Below are positions 9,699 through 17,922 of a stretch of DNA of 64,000 bases, piece after piece (position 1 is the first letter of the stretch; every line of letters starts with the position of its first letter). The stretch spans positions 352,001 to 416,000 of the forward strand of contig JANVYR010000001.1 in assembly GCA_030059665.1 (NCBI GenBank), read 5' to 3'. Origin of the DNA: Candidatus Calditenuis fumarioli (GTDB taxonomy: Archaea; Thermoproteota; Nitrososphaeria_A; Caldarchaeales; Calditenuaceae). The notes under the pieces were generated by a model. The model saw only the letters and a list, made by a program, of their open reading frames with translations, searched no databases and had not been told where the DNA came from. The position numbers and the translations under genes are program-made.

Positions 9699-9836
9699 CG
9701 TTTTCCCGTAAGCGGCGGGCCTTTGATTTACAACCGGTACCTTTGCCCCAATCAATGCCTACCCGACCTTAACGCCGCCCGCCATCTCATCCCAAGGTCG
9801 CTTAAAGGCAAGCGCGCCCACCGCCGTTGCCATTAG
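9699..9836 (+). pseudogene. Possible decayed TnpB (IS200/IS605 OrfB) C-terminal remnant
   Basis: The frame reads RFPVSGGPLIYNRYLCPNQCLPDLNAARHL, resembling CPxCGGxL...R.(F/Y).CPxCG...DxNAAxNI. It has no start codon and is preceded by an in-frame stop. Confidence 0.3.
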
Positions 9837-9959
9837 GACCTGACCAACTAGGGAGCCAGCAAGTCCTGCGGGCGCCGAATTCAGAGGACCCGACGGACGA
9901 AGCATACGTTCTTCGCGCGGAGGCAATCGGCGAAGGGACGGCTGTTGCGCGCTCAACCG

Positions 9960-10135
9960 AAGGGCCAGATTCCTGAACTGCGATTTTCGCTGCTTGATTA
10001 ATGTTTCCGGAATTCCTTAACTGCGATGAATCAGGTCCGTCTGCTCTTTATATACCCCTTTGCAAAAACGGGGGCAGGCGGAGGTGAGCTGAAAATATCC
10101 TAAAATTAAGGCGAGATTCCCGGAAATTGGGGTCG
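9960..10135 (+). promoter_or_regulatory. CRISPR leader (AT-rich, with TATA-like TTTATATA)
   Basis: AT-rich non-coding stretch abutting the first perfect repeat; the degenerate repeat is at the opposite end of the array. Confidence 0.75.
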
Positions 10136-11174
10136 GAATCTCGCGAAGAGAGTTGAAAGCTCCCCAATCTGATCACACGCCCTGGAATGTGTGGTTAACG
10201 AATCTCGCGAAGAGAGTTGAAAGTAACAGTTCCTTCTCTACGAAGTGCAACATAAAAACGGAATCTCGCGAAGAGAGTTGAAAGAATTCAGACTCAACCT
10301 CATAGACCTCGAACTTGATCTTCGAATCTCGCGAAGAGAGTTGAAAGCGAAGAAAAACTGCTCAGATGACTATCCGTTTGGAGCAGGAATCTCGCGAAGA
10401 GAGTTGAAAGACCGGTGCATGCAGGGAGCTTAGGGCCGGGGGAGTACAGGCCCCGCCCGAATCTCGCGAAGAGAGTTGAAAGGGCGGGGCGCCAGCCGAG
10501 GAGCGCGTCTCGCGGCCGTAGTGGAATCTCGCGAAGAGAGTTGAAAGGACTTCTCCGACTGATCTTCAGGTCTATCGTCAGCCTAGAATCTCGCGAAGAG
10601 AGTTGAAAGGAGCTCAAGATGGATGGCATCGAGTTTAGCCAGCATCTGGAATCTCGCGAAGAGAGTTGAAAGATAAGCCTTTTGTTCTTGTGGCATCAGG
10701 TTTAAATTGTCCGGAATCTCGCGAAGAGAGTTGAAAGCCGAATAGTCTCCTCAGGGTCAGAAAAGCCCAACTCATCGAATCTCGCGAAGAGAGTTGAAAG
10801 GAGGTTTTCAAAGCGCGGTCGGCCACGAGGGCACGGCCGAATCTCGCGAAGAGAGTTGAAAGAATTCAGACTCAACCTCATAGACCTCGAACTTGATCTT
10901 CGAATCTCGCGAAGAGAGTTGAAAGGGATAACGCCTCCCTCACCCGTGTCGAGTGCTCATGAATCTCGCGAAGAGAGTTGAAAGTGCAGTATGATCCCCA
11001 TGATCCACCAGTCCCTGGAGGCGGAATCTCGCGAAGAGAGTTGAAAGGGTTTGAGGCGCCCGAGGGAATCCTCCGCATACGCGTCCGAATCTCGCGAAGA
11101 GAGTTGAAAGTTCGTCTCGATGAAGGCTTGACATCTGGCGCAGAAGCGGCGAATCTCGCGAAGAGAATTGGAAG
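10136..11174 (+). CRISPR. CRISPR array: 17 repeats of GAATCTCGCGAAGAGAGTTGAAAG (24 nt) and 16 spacers of 35-48 nt; no cas genes in the window
   Basis: Repeats start at 10136, 10200, 10261, 10324, 10387, 10459, 10524, 10586, 10649, 10714, 10777, 10839, 10902, 10961, 11024, 11087 and 11151; the last is degenerate (2 mismatches). A TCTC/GAGA stem is followed by an 8-nt GTTGAAAG handle, typical of Cas6-processed archaeal type I-A/III repeats. Confidence 0.98.
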
Positions 11175-11177
11175 TCG

Positions 11178-11201
11178 GAAGGGGCGTCCCCCGGCCCCTT
11201 C
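11178..11201 (+). terminator. GC-rich hairpin right after the CRISPR array
   Basis: GAAGGGGC (11178-11185) pairs with GCCCCTTC (11194-11201), 3 nt after the terminal repeat. Confidence 0.4.
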
Positions 11202-11244
11202 AGCCTCAACTTCTATTAGCAGGCTATGCAGATGTGAACACCGG

Positions 11245-11329
11245 GCGGGGGTAGCCAAGCCTGGTCAAAGGCGCAGGGTTGAGGGCCCTGTCCCGTAGGG
11301 GTTCGTGGGTTCGAATCCCACCCCCCGCA
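11245..11329 (+). tRNA. tRNA-Leu(GAG)
   Basis: Acceptor stem GCGGGGG/CCCCCGC, anticodon arm CAGGG-TTGAGGG-CCCTG, long variable arm, T-loop TTCGAAT, discriminator A. Confidence 0.95.
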
Positions 11330-11427
11330 CGCGATATGCGACTGGCTTCTGGTGGGCGCATACTCCCGAGCAAATGCAACCCAAATCGCACCGAGAACTC
11401 GGAGGCTGGTGGAAGCCCTCGCGTTAG

Positions 11428-11518
11428 CGGGCCCGCCGGGACTCGAACCCGGGACCTCCGGCTCTCAGCTCGCATCCATCCGCAGGCCGGCGCCCTATCC
11501 ATGCTAGGCCACGGGCCC
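11428..11518 (-). tRNA. tRNA-Arg(GCG) with a 16-nt intron at canonical position 37/38 (11464-11479)
   Basis: Minus strand: acceptor stem GGGCCCG/CGGGCCC; anticodon arm CCGGC-CTGCGG[intron]A-GCCGG; T-arm CCGGG-TTCGAGT-CCCGG. Confidence 0.9.
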
Positions 11519-11548
11519 CTGCAGATCAGACGCTTGCGTCCTAAAAAC

Positions 11549-11647
11549 TCAGAGCTGGCCGGTCAGGCGTAGTATCAGCATCACCAGCGCGAGGAGACCC
11601 AGGAGTGAGGCGATCAGGGCCGCGTAACCCGTGCTGCTCAAGCCCAT
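11549..11647 (-). CDS. Small (32 aa) single-pass membrane protein, absent from the ORF track
   Basis: MGLSSTGYAALIASLLGLLALVMLILRLTGQL*. The ATG overlaps the upstream TGA (TGATG), and codon usage is host-like. Confidence 0.55.
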   Translation of the reverse strand: MGLSSTGYAALIASLLGLLALVMLILRLTGQL

Positions 11648-11931
11648 CACCTCACCGGCACGAACTGGACCCCGATGAGGGAGAGGACGCTCAGCAGCAG
11701 GAAGGCCACGACCGCTCCGATTCCCAGGACAGCGAGGTATGAGAGCGACCTGGGCTCGTAGGCGAGGTGCATGAAGAAGAGCGCGATCAGCACTGCCTTC
11801 CCTCCGGCGAGCAGGACGATCGAGGCGTCGACCACGGCCCTCGGCAGCGGCTGGTAGAAGATCACCAGCTCAAGCGCCGTCAGGACGACCAGAGCCGCGA
11901 AGACCGCAACGTAGATCCAGACCCTCGCCAA
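11647..11931 (-). CDS. Cytochrome c oxidase subunit IV family protein
   Basis: Three TM helices; L.VLTALE and KAVLIALFFMHLAYE motifs. Confidence 0.82.
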   Translation of the reverse strand: MARVWIYVAVFAALVVLTALELVIFYQPLPRAVVDASIVLLAGGKAVLIALFFMHLAYEPRSLSYLAVLGIGAVVAFLLLSVLSLIGVQFVPVR

Positions 11932-12040
11932 CCCTCCTCGTCCGGACAGGAGCGCGGTCCTATATGGTGGTTTTTCGGGTAGGCAGGACCTGTGCGAACA
12001 CGGTTATCTTGAGGTCGGGCTGGTCACGGCAGGGTCTCGG

Positions 12041-13435
12041 ATGAGGGAGGTGCAGGTCTGGAAGTTCGGCGGCACGTCCCTCGGCAGCGGCGAGAGGATC
12101 AGAAGGGTTGCGGGCCTCATCGCGGAGGGCCTCAGGAGCAGGGACCTCGTGGTGGTGTGCTCGGCCATGGGCGACACCACGGACCAACTCATGGCGGCGG
12201 CCGACGCCGCAGCGAAGGGCGACTCTCAGACAGCGACCGCCGTGGTCAGGGCGATACAGGAGGAGCACCTGAAGGCATGCGGTGAGGCGGTGGAGGACGC
12301 ACAGGTGAGGAGGGAGGTGGAGAGGTTCGTGATCTCGAGGACCGAGGAGCTCGAGAAGGTGGTGACGAGCGCATCCCTCCTGAAGGAGGTGACCGAGAGG
12401 ACGAGGGACCTGATCGCCTCCTTCGGCGAGAGGCTCTCCACTAGGATCGTTTGGGGCGCCCTCCGGTCGATGGGCGTGGACGCGGTCTACCTCGAGGGCT
12501 TCGAGGCCGGCATCGTCACCGACGACTCCTTCGGCAGCGCGAACCCCCTGATGCCCCTCACTGCGCAGCTGATCCGGGAAAGGGTCGGAGGGCTCCTCGC
12601 GCAGGGTAAGGTCCCCGTGGTCACGGGGTACATCGCAGCCACCAGGGACGGCATCATCACCACGCTGGGAAGGGGAGGGTCGGATTACACCGCCACGCTG
12701 ATCGCCTACTCGCTGGACGCCAAGGAGGTATGGCTCTGGACCGACGTCGACGGGATGATGTCGGCCGATCCCAGGGTCGTCAGCACGGCCCGCGTCCTCC
12801 GGAGGATATCCTACGACGAGGCGGTCGAGATGGCCTACTTCGGCGCGAAGGGCCTCCAGATCAGGACGCTCCTGCCGGCGAAGGAGAAGGGGATACTGAT
12901 CAGGATCAGGAACACCTTCAACCCCGAATCCGAGGGGACAATCATCGGCGACTCCACCGACCGGGAGATGGGCGTGACGAAAGCGGTGCTCTTCACGAGG
13001 AACGTCTCGATGCTCACCGTCAAGGGCGACGTCCTGAGGGGCGGTGTGCTATCCGCGAGGGTCCTGGCGGTTCTGGAGAGGCTTGGGGTCGTGCCTCTTA
13101 TGATCTCGCAGAGCGTCTCGAGCTCCTCCATCTCGATCGTCCTACCGAGACAGGTGACCGACTTGGTGGTGAGGGGGCTTGAGCGCGACGTGATAACCGA
13201 GCTGGGGGGCGGTGAGCTGGAGGTGGAGCGGGACGTCGCAGCGGTTGCCGTGATCGGTGAGGGGATGAAGGGAACTCCCGGGGTGGCGAGCAGGGTCTTC
13301 ACTGCCGTAGCGAGCAAGGGCATCAACGTCAGGATGATCGCTCAGGGTTCCTCGGAGCTGAACATCTCGTTCGTGGTGAAGGAGCGCGACGTGGAGGAGG
13401 CAGTCAGGGCCGTCCACGCGGCCTTCATCGCTTAG
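12041..13435 (+). CDS. lysC: Aspartate kinase with two ACT domains
   Basis: KFGGTS, SAMGDTTD, SFGERLS, TTLGRGGSDYTA, WTDVDG..ADPR and QGSSELNISFVV. Confidence 0.95.
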   Translation: MREVQVWKFGGTSLGSGERIRRVAGLIAEGLRSRDLVVVCSAMGDTTDQLMAAADAAAKGDSQTATAVVRAIQEEHLKACGEAVEDAQVRREVERFVISRTEELEKVVTSASLLKEVTERTRDLIASFGERLSTRIVWGALRSMGVDAVYLEGFEAGIVTDDSFGSANPLMPLTAQLIRERVGGLLAQGKVPVVTGYIAATRDGIITTLGRGGSDYTATLIAYSLDAKEVWLWTDVDGMMSADPRVVSTARVLRRISYDEAVEMAYFGAKGLQIRTLLPAKEKGILIRIRNTFNPESEGTIIGDSTDREMGVTKAVLFTRNVSMLTVKGDVLRGGVLSARVLAVLERLGVVPLMISQSVSSSSISIVLPRQVTDLVVRGLERDVITELGGGELEVERDVAAVAVIGEGMKGTPGVASRVFTAVASKGINVRMIAQGSSELNISFVVKERDVEEAVRAVHAAFIA

Positions 13436-13446
13436 CGTCACCTCCG

Positions 13447-14046
13447 CTAAAACCTCTGCGAAGTGGACCTTGGTCGGATCACCAGCTTGATCATACCCCG
13501 AGAGACGGTCTGGTTGATCACGTCGATCCCGTAAACGTTAAGCATCTCCCTCGCGGCCACGGATACGGCCTCCGTCGTCTCCACGGAATCCCCCACACCG
13601 ATAACCGATATCTCGAGCCCGTCCTTCCCCAGCTCCCTCAGCTCGACGCGCTTAAGCGGGAAGAAGTACGAGAAGAGCGCCGCGAGGCTCACGAGTTCCT
13701 CGAAGCTCGGGGCGTACGTCTTCATCAGGAGGCCGACGTCCCTGCCGAGCTGGCTGAAGAGGGAGAAGAGCCTTTTCCGGTCGTGGGAGTAGAGCTCCTT
13801 GATCAGCGCGTCCATGAAGTAGGAGGGGAGAACGACGGCGTCCGCATCCCTCAGGACCTTGTAGACCTTCCAGAGGTTGGAGATGATCGCGTCGCTCCCG
13901 CTCTCCCGGACGACCTGTATCCCCTGCTCGAGGATGGACGAGGCGAGCGCGTAGACGGACATCTTCCTCTCCTTCGCCAGCTCCGAGAGCTTCTCGGCCA
14001 CATCACGCCTCACAGCGAGCGTGGTCCTCCCTTTGCTGGAGTCCAA
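13447..14046 (-). CDS. Hypothetical protein with an N-terminal ribbon-helix-helix-like segment
   Basis: RTTLAVRRDVAEKLSELAKERKMSVYALASSILE fits an RHH strand-helix-helix pattern; the C-terminal domain is unassigned. Confidence 0.6.
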   Translation of the reverse strand: MDSSKGRTTLAVRRDVAEKLSELAKERKMSVYALASSILEQGIQVVRESGSDAIISNLWKVYKVLRDADAVVLPSYFMDALIKELYSHDRKRLFSLFSQLGRDVGLLMKTYAPSFEELVSLAALFSYFFPLKRVELRELGKDGLEISVIGVGDSVETTEAVSVAAREMLNVYGIDVINQTVSRGMIKLVIRPRSTSQRF

Positions 14047-14111
14047 CTCCTTACGAAATCCTACAACGCAGTATTCATTTGTGTTTATCTGTCGTCAGGG
14101 ATGGAGGCGCT

Positions 14112-14612
14112 TCAACCCGCAGGTGCCTGCTGGGCGCGCTCCTTCAGCAGGAGCCTTATCTTCCCCTCCTCGTCCTTCTTCACGAGGTATCCGGGGGCGT
14201 TCACGATCTGATCCCCTATCGCGATGTGCCTGTGGACGACCAGCTGCCTTGCGTGGTAAATCGTCTTGGCCAACCCCAACCTGTAAACGACCGTCTGGAG
14301 CCGGCGCTCGAGGATGTCCCGAACGGTGAGCTTCAGCACGTCGTCTGCGGTCGCGTTCTCGGACACAAGTCCGTACTTGGCCAAGGTCCTGATCAGCTCC
14401 GACTCCTTTCTGGCCCGCTCCTCGCCGCTGAGGACGAACAGGCTCCGGGCTATCTTCCTGTACTTCCTCAGGATCGCCTGCGCCCTCCACAGCTCCCGCT
14501 TGTTCCTGAGGCCGTACTCGCCCACCAGCCTGAGCTCCTCCATCAGCCTGTCGGCGCGCCAGGGATGCCTCGGCGTCTCGTACTTCTTCCTCGGTCTCTT
14601 CGGATCGCCCAT
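14112..14612 (-). CDS. rps4: 30S ribosomal protein S4
   Basis: MGDPKRPRKKYETPRHPW, YGLRNKRELW, LERRLQTVV and ARQLVVHRHI. Start reassigned to the ATG at 14612. Confidence 0.97.
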   Translation of the reverse strand: MGDPKRPRKKYETPRHPWRADRLMEELRLVGEYGLRNKRELWRAQAILRKYRKIARSLFVLSGEERARKESELIRTLAKYGLVSENATADDVLKLTVRDILERRLQTVVYRLGLAKTIYHARQLVVHRHIAIGDQIVNAPGYLVKKDEEGKIRLLLKERAQQAPAG

Positions 14613-14712
14613 CCCGATCGACCCTCTATGAGACCCATTTAGTCCTATCGGCTCGCCTGGGAGAAGCGCGGGCGGAGACACGGAAAAATGCCGCGAGATC
14701 AGTCTATCGAAC

Positions 14713-16500
14713 GTGAGCGTCAGGGACCTGATCGCGGGGTACGTCGAGGCTGCCCTCGGAGAGCGCGAGCTCACGCTCCTCATCAGGGGTGCATCTGTCC
14801 TGAACGTCTTCTCGGGGGAGCTGGAGGACGTCAATATCGGCGTCTACCGGGACAGGGTCGTCTACCTCGGCAGGGAGGAGAGGAGGGCCGAGAGGGTGCT
14901 GGACGTGAAGGGGGTCGCGGTTCCTGGGTTCATCGACACGCACCTGCACATCGAGAGCAGCATGGTCACGCCGGCAAGGTTCGCGGAGGCCGTTCTCCCC
15001 CACGGGACCACCACTGTGGTTGCCGATCCCCATGAGATCGCGAACGTCCTCGGCAAGGAGGGCGTCAGGATGATGCTGGAGAACTCGAGGGGCTTGCCGC
15101 TGAAGGTCTACTACTTCATGCCGACCTGCGTGCCGGAGTCCGACGCGGTCACAGCAGGCGCTGAGATAACGCCCGAGGACGTGGAGGAGGCCCTCGGCTG
15201 GGACGGGATAGCAGGGCTCGGAGAGGTGATGGACTACGAATCGGTACTGGCCAGGCGGGAGAAGTTCATGCGCATCCTGGAGGCAGGCTGGAGGAGGAAC
15301 TCGGTGATAGACGGCCACTGCGTCCTCCTCTCCGGTGCCAGGTTGAACGCGTACATCGCTGCGGGGCCTGAGGCGGACCACGAGAACTTCACGATCGAGT
15401 CGATGCTCGAGAAGCTCAGGCGAGGGATGTACGTCAAGCTGAGGGGCCCGTACATCCTCGATCCGAGGAGGTTCGTCGAGGCGCTGAAGGGATTGCCGAA
15501 CGGCTGGGAGAGGGTCGTCTTCGTGACGGACGATGTGATGCCCGACACGCTGCTGGAGAAGGGGCACCTCGACTTCGTCGTCAGGTCGATGATCGAGGCC
15601 GGGATGGACGAGGTCGAGGCGATCAGGAGCGCGACCCTCAGGCCGGCGGAGCACATGAGGATGCGGGATCTCGGCGCGATCGCACCTGGAAGGATCGCTG
15701 ACGTCCTGATCCTCAGGGACCTCAGGAGGGTGGATGTTGACCTGGTGGTCGCGAGCGGCGTTCCGGTTGCGAGGGGTGGAAGGCTGATCGTTCAGCTCGA
15801 GAGGAGGAGCTTCGACCGGAGGGCTTACGGCACGGTGAGGGTCAAAGAGCTCAAACAGGAGGACTTCGTCTTCAGGGCCCCCATCAAGGAGGGCAGGATG
15901 AGAGTGAGGGTGGTTGACTTCCCGAGGCCAGAGGAGATCGCCGGCGACGTCTCCTGGACCTTCCTCCAGATGATCGTGACGAAGCTGTCGGAGGCTGAGA
16001 TCGAGGTCCGAGATCACAGGCCGGTGCTCGGCGAGGTGGCGCTGATGAAGGTGATCGAGCGTCACGGGAAGCACGGGTCGAGCGGCGTGGGGTTCGTACG
16101 GAACCTCCTCAGGAGGGGCGCGGTGGCAACAACGGTCGCTCACGACTCCCACAACCTCGCCGTCGTAGGAACGAACCCGGTCGACATGCACGTCGCAGCG
16201 ACGGAGGTGATCAGAGCGGGAGGCGGGATGGCTGCAGCACTTGACGGGAAGGTTCTGGCCCTGATCGAGCTGCCGATCGCGGGGCTGATGTCGGAGGAAC
16301 CGGTGGAGGTGATGGCGGGTAAGATGAGGGCGTTCCGGGAGGCCCTCAGGAGGCTCGAAGCCATCGACCACCCGTACATGCCTCTGATCTCGCTGATGAC
16401 GCTCTCCGTGATACCGAGGGTCAGGGTCACCGACAAGGGGCTCTTCGACGTTATCGAGCAGCGCTTCCTCGATCCGGTGATCGAGGCCGTTCCGAGCTGA
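14713..16500 (+). CDS. ade: Adenine deaminase (binuclear amidohydrolase)
   Basis: PGFIDTHLHIES, DPHEIANV, DGH, DHE, TDD and TVAHDSHN. Confidence 0.9.
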   Translation: MSVRDLIAGYVEAALGERELTLLIRGASVLNVFSGELEDVNIGVYRDRVVYLGREERRAERVLDVKGVAVPGFIDTHLHIESSMVTPARFAEAVLPHGTTTVVADPHEIANVLGKEGVRMMLENSRGLPLKVYYFMPTCVPESDAVTAGAEITPEDVEEALGWDGIAGLGEVMDYESVLARREKFMRILEAGWRRNSVIDGHCVLLSGARLNAYIAAGPEADHENFTIESMLEKLRRGMYVKLRGPYILDPRRFVEALKGLPNGWERVVFVTDDVMPDTLLEKGHLDFVVRSMIEAGMDEVEAIRSATLRPAEHMRMRDLGAIAPGRIADVLILRDLRRVDVDLVVASGVPVARGGRLIVQLERRSFDRRAYGTVRVKELKQEDFVFRAPIKEGRMRVRVVDFPRPEEIAGDVSWTFLQMIVTKLSEAEIEVRDHRPVLGEVALMKVIERHGKHGSSGVGFVRNLLRRGAVATTVAHDSHNLAVVGTNPVDMHVAATEVIRAGGGMAAALDGKVLALIELPIAGLMSEEPVEVMAGKMRAFREALRRLEAIDHPYMPLISLMTLSVIPRVRVTDKGLFDVIEQRFLDPVIEAVPS

Positions 16501-16512
16501 GGTCCCGATGAG

Positions 16513-17922
16513 GTGAGGTCGTTGACGTTCGACCTCTTGCTGAGGAACTGCAGGGCGGTGGACGTCACGGGCGTCCAGGAGTGCGACGTGGCGATAGAGG
16601 ACGGAAGGATCGCGAAGCTCGCGAGGAACGCGGAGGACCAGGCCGATCGCGTGATCGACTGCCGGGGGATGCTAGTCTTTCCCGGAGCGATAGACGGACA
16701 CGTCCACTTCGAGATGGATTACGGACCCGGCATCAGGACCGCCGACGACTTCAGGACAGGGACCGAGAGCGCGGCTTGCGGCGGGGTTACGACGGTCATA
16801 GACTTCGTGACGCCCAGGAGGGGCCAGTCCCTGATAGAGGCCTTCGAGGAGCGCCTCGGCGCGGCCCAAGCTAAGGCGGTGGTGGACTTCGGGCTGCACG
16901 TCTGCGTGCTCGAGGTCAACGGGCAGCGCCTGTCTGAGCTGAGGCACCTCGTCTCGGAGCGCGGCGTGGCATCGGTCAAGGTCTTCACCGCGTACAGGGC
17001 GAGGGGATTGATGATAGACGACGGCTCGCTGGTCAGGCTCGCCAGGGAGCTGGCCGCGATGGACGTCCTGATGCTCTGCCACTGCGAGAACGAGGACATG
17101 ATCGCGAAAGCAACGGAGGAGCTGGTTTTCGAGGGGAGGACGGGAATCGAGCACTACGAGTCGAGCAGGCCGGACTTCGCCGAGGCCGAGGCCGTTAACA
17201 GGATAGGTTTTGTCTCGAGCCTCACGGGCGTCGAGTTCCTGGTGGTCCACATCTCCTCGGCAGCAGCGCTCTCCTCCCTGAGGGCACTCAAGAGGTCAGG
17301 GGTGAGGGCGAGGGGGGAGACGTGCCCGCACTACCTCCTCTTCACGAAGGACCTGTACGCCACCGATAGGGGCCCGCTGTACGTGATGGCTCCACCGCTC
17401 AGGACCGAGGTCGACAGGAGGAGCCTCTGGCAGGGCATCGCCGACGGAGCGATCGACGTGGTGGGTAGCGACCACGCGCCCTACCTCGCGGTTCACAAGT
17501 CGAGGTCGAAAGACTTCAGGGAGGTCCCGGGAGGGGTCCAGGGCACGGAGGTGATCGTGCCGGTGCTCTTCTCGGAAGGAGTTCGTAAGGGGATAATCGG
17601 GCTGGAGAGGTTCGTCGAGCTGACGTCGCACAACCCCGCCAGGCTCTACGGCCTCTCCCACCGGAAGGGGAGGATCGCGGTGGGATGGGACGCGGACCTC
17701 GTGGTGCTGGACCCGTCGAAGAGGGTCAGGCTAGGTAAGGAGGTGCTCCACAGCGCCCTCGACCACTCGATCTACGAGGGCATCGAGGTGACGGGCTACC
17801 CGGTCATCACGATCTCCCGCGGCGAGGTGGTGGCAGAGAACGGTCAGGTCCTCGGGAGGCCCGGAAGGGGCCAGTACCTCCACCGCAGCAGGAAGAGGGC
17901 GGAACCCGTTCAGCTCAGGTGA
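16513..17922 (+). CDS. hydA: Dihydropyrimidinase/hydantoinase (HyuA-like cyclic amidohydrolase)
   Basis: PGAIDGHVH, carbamylated-Lys motif SVKVF, HCEN, VHIS, ETCPHYL, PPLR and SDHAP. Confidence 0.88.
   Translation: MRSLTFDLLLRNCRAVDVTGVQECDVAIEDGRIAKLARNAEDQADRVIDCRGMLVFPGAIDGHVHFEMDYGPGIRTADDFRTGTESAACGGVTTVIDFVTPRRGQSLIEAFEERLGAAQAKAVVDFGLHVCVLEVNGQRLSELRHLVSERGVASVKVFTAYRARGLMIDDGSLVRLARELAAMDVLMLCHCENEDMIAKATEELVFEGRTGIEHYESSRPDFAEAEAVNRIGFVSSLTGVEFLVVHISSAAALSSLRALKRSGVRARGETCPHYLLFTKDLYATDRGPLYVMAPPLRTEVDRRSLWQGIADGAIDVVGSDHAPYLAVHKSRSKDFREVPGGVQGTEVIVPVLFSEGVRKGIIGLERFVELTSHNPARLYGLSHRKGRIAVGWDADLVVLDPSKRVRLGKEVLHSALDHSIYEGIEVTGYPVITISRGEVVAENGQVLGRPGRGQYLHRSRKRAEPVQLR

Noticed and set aside
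10160-11150. Self-targeting spacers and antisense-to-mRNA strand bias
   Set aside because: By eye I found only a short chance match (spacer 7 with smc near 6090, about 11 nt). Both strands of several spacers are open, so bias cannot be judged without protospacers.
10245-11258. ORFs running through the CRISPR array
   Set aside because: Their recurring ISRRELK / LSTLFARF peptides are just the translated repeat.
11175-11550. Integrated element at the tRNA genes
   Set aside because: No integrase and no duplicated tRNA 3' fragment (attL/attR) seen in the window.
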